Assembly (NCBI GenBank): GCA_951406725.2 | Contig: OX597829.1 | Coordinates: forward strand, 36,704,001 to 36,768,000 | Length of the DNA stretch: 64,000 bases | Reading direction: 5' to 3' | Source of the DNA: Octopus vulgaris | Lineage: Eukaryota | Shown here: piece after piece, positions 52,985 through 64,000 of the stretch | Numbering within the stretch: position 1 is the first letter of the stretch | Layout: each line of letters opens with the position of its first letter | The notes under the pieces: generated by a model | Database searches by the model: none | What the model saw: the letters and a program-made list of their open reading frames with translations, nothing else | Told to the model about the DNA's origin: nothing | Program-made: the position numbers and the translations under genes

Positions 52985-53280
52985 GGACAGACAGGCAAAC
53001 AGAGGGAAGGACGAACGGACCGACAAACAGACAGATACGCACAGACAGGTAAGCAGGTAGACAGACAGACAGACCAGACAGACAGGCAGACAGACAGACA
53101 GGTAAGCAGGCAGCCAGACAGGCAGACGAACAAATGGACGGAAGGACGACGGACAGGACAAGCAGACGGGATGAACAGATGGATGGATGTGTCGTTTGGG
53201 AGTTAGCTTTTCAGACATTTGGTTTCCGATTCAATTCCTCTTCGTAAGACATATGTATATATGTACGTGTATGTGAGTGT

Positions 53281-53560
53281 GTGGTGGTAGTGGTGGTGGT
53301 GGTGGTGGTGGTGGTGGTGGTGGTGGTGGTGGTGGTGGTGGTGGTGGTGGTGGTGGTGGTGGTGGTGGTGGTGGTGGTGGTGGTGGTGGTGGTGGTGGTG
53401 GTGGTGGTGGTGGTGGTGGTGGTGGTGGTGATGACGACGACGATGATGATGTTGACGACGACGATGATGATGATGATGTTGATAATGATGATGATGATGA
53501 TGATGATGATGATGGTGGTGATGGTGATGGTGATGGTGATAATGATGATGATGATGATAA
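53281..53560 (+). repeat. (GGT)n grading into (GAT/GAC)n trinucleotide microsatellite
   Basis: About 150 bp of (GGT)n followed by GAT/GAC units. Confidence 0.95.
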
Positions 53561-53910
53561 TATGTGTGTTTGTGTATGAGTGCGTGCTTACAGTATCAAA
53601 AAGTTCATTCGAATTTCTCCTAGTTCTGAATTAGGTGTTTACACTCGCTGTAGCACTAACATTTTTCATTCTTAAACTATGAAAGATGTGTGTGTGATGC
53701 GTGTGTAATCCTTTTGATTAAGATATCTTTTGCTCGACGAGTAATTAGCGGGTTACCCCTCATTTTGGGTAATTACTACTTACAAGGTTTTGTTAGCAAT
53801 GAAACATATGTAGCCTGGATTTTATCTACTCCATCCCCTAATTTTGTATGTACGTATATATATGTATGAACAGATATATATGTGAACGTTCATACATACA
53901 CACACACACA

Positions 53911-54004
<94 letters not shown>

Positions 54005-54173
54005 GAAATGAGGTAATCAGAAGATCGGATGGTTCATATTTATAGATATTTATTTATATATTACATATATACATATTTATATATTTATATATATATCATA
54101 TCATTCAGATCATATCATTCAGATTATTAGCGCTTTCTCCCATTCCAGTGGGGTTTTCAAATCAAATTATATA

Positions 54174-54212
<39 letters not shown>

Positions 54213-54242
54213 GTAAAAGTAATATGTGACAATTATTCGGTA

Positions 54243-54312
54243 GCCAAGATAAAACTCTGAGTTTCGGATGCCGAGGTGGAAATCCACACCACCACCTCTT
54301 CAGTTATCTGGC
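54243..54312 (-). ncRNA. Type I hammerhead ribozyme fold, canonical core
   Basis: GATAA-CTGAAGA-GG...CC-GAAA-CTCAGAG-TT-TTATC; stem I extendable (GCCAGATAA/TTATCTTGGC); stem II partly decayed. Confidence 0.78.
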
Positions 54313-54353
54313 CATCGGAAAAACGCTATCCTTTTGTTATCTTACCATTTTTA

Positions 54354-54505
<152 letters not shown>

Positions 54506-54764
54506 GAGATAAATACATATAATTAGATTAGGGTGTTTAAATGCTGAGTAGAGCACCGGCACAGTTTAGGCTACCTGTTGTCATCTATAGTTGTGGTACC
54601 CTTCCATTGGATTTACTTCAGGAACTTTGCAGAGGCAGTTAGGGTAGTAGTATTAATTAATAATAGGAGATGGATTTCGTGTTAGACTTTTATTAGATAC
54701 AATATATGTTTCGACCCATATGGATGGTAACAGGAACTTTTCGTAGGAAATTTGTCAAAGAAAT

Positions 54765-54912
54765 ATGTGGTAAGTAGCTTGCTTACCAACCACATGGTTC
54801 TGGATTCAGTCCCAGTGAGTGGCACCTTGGGTAAGTGTCTTCTACTATATCCTCAGGCCGATCAAAGCCTTGTGAGTGGATTCGGTAGACGGAAACTGAA
54901 AGAAGCCCGTCG
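54765..54912 (+). mobile_element. SINE family A, 5' half
   Basis: TGTGGTAAGTAGCTTGCTTACCAACCACATGG..GAAAGAAGCCCGTCG. Confidence 0.85.
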
Positions 54913-54940
54913 TATATATATATATATGTGTGTGTGTGTG

Positions 54941-55053
<113 letters not shown>

Positions 55054-56039
55054 ATATAAATAGATGTGTGTATTTTTCCCTTGTTAAGAATTAACACGGA
55101 AAAATAGATAAATAGTTACCAGGGTATATATATATATATACAAAATGGTACAAGAACGCAAAACATCCGTGGTGGTGGTAACGATATTTTTAAATTGTAG
55201 TATCAATGGTTTTATTAGCGGCCATATACTGTAAATGGTAGGTTGTTATTATTGTCCAAGAGAATGGACTGAAAGATTTGATAGCGAAGATGCGAAAAAT
55301 AAAAGACTGAAAGTGAAACCAGAGATTGTGACACGTCAACAACAATGATATCAACAACAACAAAACAAGATGAACAGCAAAAACACCAAACAAACGCGAA
55401 AACAAAGAGAGCAGCAGCAGCAGCAGAATCAAAGTGAGAAACTTTGTAGTCTAGAAAAAGTAAAAAAAAGACAAATCCACTATACTTTTACATTTCCTAC
55501 ACACAGTCTTCCTCGTATCTTCACCATCCTCTAACCTATACGTATGCACCGACTATCCCCAGCCACGCCCTCACATACAACCCCCCCTACCACTTACCGA
55601 TCCCACTCTGCCTTCAATCATGATTACAGCAGTTGTCAGCAGGATGTTCGTGATGCAGAAGATATCGTCCAGTCGGTATGGCACCTTTTTCTCTGCACTT
55701 GATTAATTAAATCCTCACCTTGATTAGTTGCCTAGGCGACCGCAGACTGATAAGAGAAAAAAGATTAATTAAGATTATCAATAATCGTTTAGATTTTTTT
55801 TTTTTTATGCAATCTTTCTTTTATTTTTGAACTGGAGATTGTCTTGCGGTGTGAAATGAAAGCGACGGATTTTTAGATGGTGTACAAGATGTCTTTTTCT
55901 GTCTAATGTAACAGGGCAGGTTGGCAAGGATCTATATATGCCTGTTATTGACTTCCACATTCGTTCTACTTGTTTTCGGTTACGTTTCTTTTGTTAGAGT
56001 TTTTAGACCGTCGGGGGAAATACCTTTTGCTAATTATTC

Positions 56040-56365
56040 TGGCTCCCCTTTACGTTCTGATGTCAAAATCCTGCCGAGGTCAACTTTGCATTTCATCAAG
56101 CTAAAGTCGATAAGGCGAAGTACAGGGATCGTTAGTATCGACTAACGCTCTCCTTTTTTTGGAATTATCCCTAAGTCAGAAAGCATTAGAAGGTGATGAG
56201 CTGGCAGAATTATTCGAGCATTGGAAAAAATTGCGTTGCAGTATTTCTTCCGACTCATTACATTCTGCGTTCAAATTTCGTCGATATCGACTTGCCTTTT
56301 TGGGTCAATAAAATAAGTATCAATGAAGTGTTTAGACGGTGTAATCAACTTGTTCCCCCACCCCT
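56040..56365 (+). mobile_element. Two old SINE family B-related copies
   Basis: CCGAGGTCAACTTTGCATTTCATC; AGGTGATGAGCTGGCAGAAT..GTTCAAATT. Confidence 0.6.
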
Positions 56366-57004
56366 TCAATCGAAAGTTGAAATAGAAAAAAAAAACAATT
56401 AAACAAGTTGACATTGTTATGAATATGAGAAAGTCGCAATTTGACGAACGAAAATACAAATGTATACAATATAAAAAAGGACGCTAATAATTCATTCTTT
56501 GCTTCGCAAACTGAAAGGAATACTGGACATCGCTCAACACCAAACAAAAGTTGGAAGAATTACGTCCCAAAAAGAGTACCTACTTGCTTGAGCAATTTAT
56601 CCAGAGAAGAGGAAGATAGAATGTGACACGTCTCTTTTTTTCGACAAACGAAGCAGGCCTTTATACGCCGCCGAAACAGAAGTTACAGAAAATTCTGACC
56701 GATGTGTCCATGATTATTGCTTTCAAATGTGCAAAACTCTAAATCATTAAACCCGAATTTAAGAAATGAAAAATAAAAGTGTATAATCCAGAAAGTTCAT
56801 AATTATTTGTTTTATATTTCAAACTTCCAGAGTATGACTAGTTCTGGAATATTGAGAAGTTTTAATAGTAACTCTAGCAACTAACTTGAATATATAAAAA
56901 CCTCTGTGCTTATTGTGTATAAACAATAAGAAACGGTTCAGAGAACATTACATATGCACATATACATATAAACAACGGATACCTCATAAGGTATTGGCTG
57001 GCCT

Positions 57005-57095
57005 GAGGTTATAATAGAAGACACTTCCCCAATATAACACGCAGTGGGCCTGAATCCGAGGCTGGTTGCGAAATTAACTTCTTAACTATACAGCC
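57005..57095 (-). mobile_element. SINE family A head fragment
   Basis: ATAATAGAAGACACTT.CCCAA..ACGCAGTGGG.CTGAATCCG. Confidence 0.6.
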
Positions 57096-57100
57096 TATCC

Positions 57101-58427
<1,327 letters not shown>

Positions 58428-58954
58428 CAATAAATTGAATAGAGAGATACAATTGCCAATCCAATAATTTATTGATATTATAAATAACATAATATACTAT
58501 GAATATAATATAACATAAACAATTATTAAAACTCCAAAAATGCCAACAATTTGTTTCGATTTATATACTTTTTTCATATATAAACAATTCAATTCCCTTA
58601 TACAAGCTTCAGCAGAGCCAATGGTTTGATGATAGACGAAGTTCCGTGTAGAAGGACGGCTGGATTGTTAAAAAAAATTAATTCAAAGCATTAGCCATTC
58701 AACTACATATCAATTATAATTAAAAACAAAATTATAACGGACAAAATAATTAAGTAGAACCTACAACTATCGATATATGTTTCTATATATCTCAAATAAT
58801 ATTAAACCAAACTCATTTATGTCGAAGACTATCTTTCGCTATTATAATACCATACAACAATAATATATATGTATATAATTATCAGGGTTTTACTTAATCT
58901 AGAAACTAATAAAACAGGTAAAAAATATAAATGACAGTTTATATAAATGACAGT

Positions 58955-59640
58955 GTTCTTGCACTTTAAAATTAGGCATAAATCCAGGCTCCGCAGCTTC
59001 CTTACTTGCTCCAATGGAGGTCGTTTGAAAGGCTGGGTTGTACTGTCGGATGTTGTCTAGAAATGCTCTTGAATTGGGTACATTAGCTTCAAATAGATCT
59101 TTGAGAGAGTGTGAAGGAGGTTGTAGCAAGGGCAGCCTCATTTTGCCATTGGAACAGTACATATCAGAAGTTTCAGCAGGAAATTTCTTCGCACCACAGT
59201 GGGAACACAAACAGAGAGTTCCCAAACCAATACTACTGAATCATTGTTGTAACTTTTTGAAGGATCATAAGAGAAAGCAGCACGTGACTGAGAAAAACTG
59301 GAAGATTGTGTTGTCTTGGGCTAGCCTCTCAGCACGATGATCCGCAGACTCCATTTGCCGAGCAGTCGCCATCCTCGCTTGGTTTTGTGCTAGCCTCTCA
59401 TCACGATGCTCCGAGGATTCCATTCGCCAAGCAGTTACCATCCTTGCTTGGTTTTGTGCTAACTTCTAAGTACAATGCTCTGAAGATTCCATTTGCTGAG
59501 CAGTTGCCATCCTTGCTTGGTTTTGTGACATCCACTGATTTCGTTCTTCCTCTAACTCACTAAGGCATGCAGCTGCCTTGTGCTTTACACCAGAGGTCTT
59601 CTGTGACAGCCCAGCACCCTTCTTGGGTGGCATTCTTGAA
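58955..59640 (-). mobile_element. Helitron Rep/Hel N-terminal fragment
   Basis: CSHCGAKKFPAETSDMYCSNGKMRLP..FLDNIRQYNPAFQTTSIGA..GFMPNFKVQ; 69-bp coding repeats at about 59320-59530. Confidence 0.9.
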
Positions 59641-59761
59641 ATGGAAAGTATGATGTTACAACTACTATTGGATATACTGACCTTACTAAACTTAATTTAA
59701 TTGTTGTGCTACAGCTTCTCCCGCTTACATTGCGTTGAAGTGTTCCAAGAATATCTAAAAA

Positions 59762-60367
59762 TCTATACTAATAACTATCTCGGCCCTATGTATGTGTGTG
59801 TGTGCGCGCAAGCACGCGTATGTCTTCCTCTGCTGACCAAATCAATTGACCAAATTGAACCAATATAGATCATAGACAAGGTAACGTAGCAAGAAATGTT
59901 CTTAGCACAGTCCGGTTACTATCGGACTTCTGACTGGCGAGATACAAATTGTTGATTAATTAAATATCAGGAATATTTTCTTCATAAATATTACTCTACC
60001 TGTAACAAGCGAGTCAAACGTGGATTAAAATGTGTAGATTTAGATGGGAAAATGGAGAGTACTGACTCGGCCTGGTGTGTGCAACGTTAGCTCGGCTCGT
60101 GTAGGGTGCATGACATCGCCTCTAACCCTTTCCAGTTTCTAGTATGAACATGTACAACCTTTAGACCTTTATGGCGGGTGAGTAGTAGGAGGGTTAAGGG
60201 GGATGCTCGAGAGGGGAAGAAGTTGGAAGGGTAGGGGAGAGGTTTCTCAACCCCCTTCCCTTTTACCCGGTTGGATAATTGAGAAAGGTGTTGGGAAGAG
60301 TATAGAAGGGCCGCATTCCCCTCTGGCAAGTGAGGTGTCGCCCCCCCCCCCATATTTTGCCGGCTAG
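59762..60367 (+). mobile_element. Non-autonomous Helitron-like element
   Basis: A|TCTATACTAATAA ... GCCGGCTAG|T. Confidence 0.55.
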
Positions 60368-61569
60368 TATGTAATGTTAGTTATCAGCGTACAATATTTT
60401 TTAATCTCTGTCCAAGTATAATTACTCACACCTGATTTAAAATAAAAAATATAGAGTCTTAATAAATCGAGTTGCTCTAAAAATATTTAAAATAGGTAAT
60501 ATAAGTTAGCATATGATATTTTTCAATCCATATCCAAGTTTAAAAGGCGATTATTCCAAAGATATCCGAAATATGTATTGGAAGTTTATCAAGATATAAT
60601 ATTTTCTAATCCCTATCCAAGTAGAATGAGTCACATCAGATTTAAATATGAAATATCAAGTGGACTCTAGCTAATTTTATTAGGTCCATTCCACGAAGAA
60701 TTATTTGAATAACTCATATCTTTAACGTATGTCACAGGAATAATGAACTTTAAAATTTATAAAGTTTATCGCATAAATTGAAAGATATCCTACAATGTAT
60801 ATTGCCTAAAGAACCGGGCATGCGTCCGTATGAAGACCTTTCGTTATTTAGAGAACTTACTGTTTCTTTTTCATCTGAAAGTTACATAAGTTTTACATTA
60901 TAGTAATTCCAGTTCTTCGCGGGGGCTCCCTGCGACCGCATGGGTTGCAGGGTCTTAGTGACCCTGCAACCAGCTATAAGCGAATTTAGGGTTTAGGGTT
61001 AGTATTTAGTGAGTATGGTGTTATTCTAAACATTTACTGACTTTTTATCCAATCAAAATTATGTTTTATCAGCAGCCAACCTTTGTGTGAACGCGTTGGT
61101 GTGAATGCGCGCGCGACAGGACCGTACACAGAAATTTTGTTACAGAAAAGTACTTCTTACATACCTTACTGTCAATTCATTGGACTAATCCCAACGAGAT
61201 ACAAGTTTAGTCACTGGCTCAGCACCTATGTTTGTATTCTTTATTCCAAAATGAGACTTCGTCCATGTGTATCCGCGTGCGTATATGTGCAGGTGTCGGT
61301 AGTGGGGGTAGTCACAAGAAAAACATTTACGGAAATGTACTCATAAAAATTCTATTAAGACAAGTTATTTTTATATGCCATGTTTGCAATTCTCCATAGA
61401 GATGATAGCAAAGTGTGTATCAAATGAAATTAAAATCCTGGTTCAGTGACAGATCGATCAAGTTAGTAAAGGTTTAACGTTTTTGGTAACAACATATTCT
61501 ATCTTCTAATTAAATATTGAAAAAGAGAGAAAACGTCACACTCTCTTTTGCAAAGGAAATTTTTTTTTT

Positions 61570-61975
61570 TTCAATTCAATTCAATTTTTATTGGCTCAAA
61601 AAGCAAAAGCAAGGCCATGTGGGGGGACAGGGAGTTATGTACAGAGAGGGTGGTCATACAAAGAGTTCAGGCCATTTCTGGTCAAGAGAGACTTAGAACC
61701 GAGCGGTCGTCGGCATCTTCACTATCTCGTCCGGCAGCTTATTCCACGGATCCGCAACCCGGACGGAGAAAGCCCCTCTCCTTTGATTGAGATGAAATCG
61801 TCGAAGATAGAGCTTTTCGGAGTGACCCCGCAGCCCACGCTCAGGAGCAGGAGTGAAAAATAGCTCTTTCGAGAGGTTACACTTTCCGCTTATGATGTTG
61901 TGAGCGAGAATGAGATCACCACGGCGTCGTCGTTTTTCGAGAGAATAAAGGTCGAGCGTCTTCAGCCTTTCTTCA
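61570..61975 (-). mobile_element. CR1-type LINE 3' end, (TTGAA)n tail
   Basis: ERLKTLDLYSLEKRRRRGDLI..LRGHSEKL..FSVRVADPWNKLPDEIV. Confidence 0.92.
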
Positions 61976-62299
61976 TTTTTCTTGTCCGAAAAATTAATTT
62001 TGACGGTAAGGACTAAAACCCCTTGTTTAATTATCACAATTAAAAAACGTTTCTCTTTACTTTATATAAAAAAAAAAGAAAGGTAGGGTTGTAGATGAAT
62101 GACGGAGAATTATTCAATATCGTGTTTGCTTCTATCAGAAACATTTATCTTTAAAGCGAAAAAAACAAAACCGGCGTATACCACAGGTATGTAAAACAAT
62201 TTCTGTTTACTTTCTCTGTTCATTCGCATAAGCTGGAGAAATTGTTGCGCACGCGCACATACAAACACAGAAATTTTCCAGATATTTAGCTGTTACTTT

Positions 62300-62712
62300 T
62301 AGTAGTTCATTTTCACTTTTTGACAACGACATGGCGTGGCGAGGGATGTATGGATCAATTTTGGAATCCTTCATAGAAAATTTGAAATTAAAATTTTTTT
62401 AATCCTAATTCTTAATCTACGTAAAAATTTAAAATTGGAGGAGAGGGGAATTTAAAATTTTGAAAACATGGTTTTTTGCATATTCGGAGTTTCCGTCATC
62501 GAAAACATAGGAATCCGCTGATTCGGAAGGTCGTATAGTGGGGTTGAAGATGCTACAGCTCTCTATATGGAAAAGGGCCAAAATTTGATCCCCTAGAACC
62601 TCCCCCGAGTAATGAAAAACCTTCTTGCCAAATTTGGAACAGATTAATCCAGCGTTTTGACCGTGCATGGAGGACACACACACACACAATTTTACAATTT
62701 TATATATATAGA
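62300..62712 (-). mobile_element. Non-autonomous Helitron-like 5' part
   Basis: Minus strand starts TCTATATATATAAAATTG..(GT)n..GCTGGATTAATCTGTTCCAAATTTGGCA. Confidence 0.55.
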
Positions 62713-63717
62713 TTGTATATTTTGACCTACGGCATATAATGCATATTTCTTAATTAAGATAGTAAGGAAAGATTTGGGAGAAATTTAGTTGTCATTGCTT
62801 AAAAAAAGGAATTATTAAAAATAAATTATTTATTTGTGGTATACGTGTTTATATAAGTGAAAGTTTTTCACTTATTAATATAAAAGATCTATGATACAGA
62901 CTGAGGTTATTGTTTTAGCTTTAAAGAAGCAAGCAACTAGGGTTAGACCAGTGCTACATGCGATAGTTATAGTATAAATGTTATCAATGTGTTTAATATA
63001 AAACTTGGATGTTAAAGATTGTTGTATTACAAGAATATTGCAGATGATAAGAGAGCAATAGGGCTATGGTCCTCAAGTTGAACCGTACATTAATTTTTCG
63101 GACAAGATTTTTGAAGAAATATAGAAAGAGTAAATGAAAGATAAATACCCAACGGATTGATTACTTTTCGGATGAAACTATTTTAAATGATTTGCTGCAA
63201 TTAACCATCTCGTCAATAAGTAATCTTGTCAAAAATCCGTGGCCTTCAATCAGCTATCGAAACCCTTCACAACAGGAAGGGGGAGGGGAATATGAGATTA
63301 TGTAGTAGCTGATAGAGCAACCACTTGAGGCGGTACTCGTGAATTTGGATCTTTGTTTCCTCTAGTTTCTTACCTAGACAAATAAATATTTTTCACTCGT
63401 ACCCTTTGTGGATAATTGGCACTACATTATGCCAAGAGACTGTTCTCCTCAGACTGGGAGCTTGGTTTGAAATCTTTCAAAAATGTCCTATATGTCCAAT
63501 GGTCTATTAGAAGTACTAATCTGAATGGCACGTTAGGCTTATATCATCAACATAAGCAACATAGATATTTCATCTTAATAATTAAAACTTAATAATTAAA
63601 ACATTCATGAAATCTAGTTAATACATCTTACTGAAATAATGCTATTGCTGCTATATTATAGGAAAAAACACAAGTTCAACAAATATTTATTTACACCCAA
63701 TTTGAAAGTTTACATAT

Positions 63718-64000
63718 AGGCGCAGGAGAGGCTGTGTGGTAAGTAGTTTGTTTACCAACCACATGGTTCCGGGTTCAGTCCCACTGCGTGGCATCTTGGG
63801 CAAGTGTCTTCTGCTATAGCCCCGGGCCGACCAAAGCCTGGTGAGTGGATTTGGTAGACGGAAACTGAAAGAAGCCCCATCGTATATATGTATATATACA
63901 TATATGCGTGTGTGTGTTTGTGTGTCTGTGTTTGTCCCCCTAGCATTGATTGACAACCGATGCTGGTGTGTTTATGTCCCCCGTTACTTAGCGGTTCGGC
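63718..64000 (+). mobile_element. SINE family A, runs off the window end
   Basis: AGGCGCAGGAGAGGCTGTGTGGTAAG..GGGTTCAGTCCCACTGCG..CTTGGGCAAGTGTCTT. Confidence 0.9.

Noticed and set aside
53277-53634. Poly-Gly/Asp and poly-Val/Met ORFs
   Set aside because: Trinucleotide microsatellite with no flanking coding signal.

Overview
AT-rich eukaryotic genomic DNA that is almost entirely repeat-derived. The SINE families and very dense (TA)n/(CA)n/(GA)n microsatellites suggest a cephalopod (Octopus-like) genome; this is an inference from recalled repeat families. No intact host protein-coding gene was found, and most ORF-track hits are microsatellite translations. Recognisable remnants: Penelope-like elements (RT + GIY-YIG), autonomous-type Helitron fragments and non-autonomous TC...CTAG Helitrons, Tc1/mariner elements (DD36E, DD37D/maT, mariner, Tigger), LINE fragments (RTE, CR1, Tx1, HERO-like, R4/Dong-like) and about 17 tRNA-derived SINEs. 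The most notable hidden structure is a set of about a dozen short non-coding elements lodged at (TA)n tracts that carry minimal type I hammerhead ribozyme folds. Some have canonical CUGAnGA/GAAA cores, others recurring variant cores (U3-A8, A6U, U4C). Several lie in direct-repeat (retrozyme-like) or fold-back architectures.
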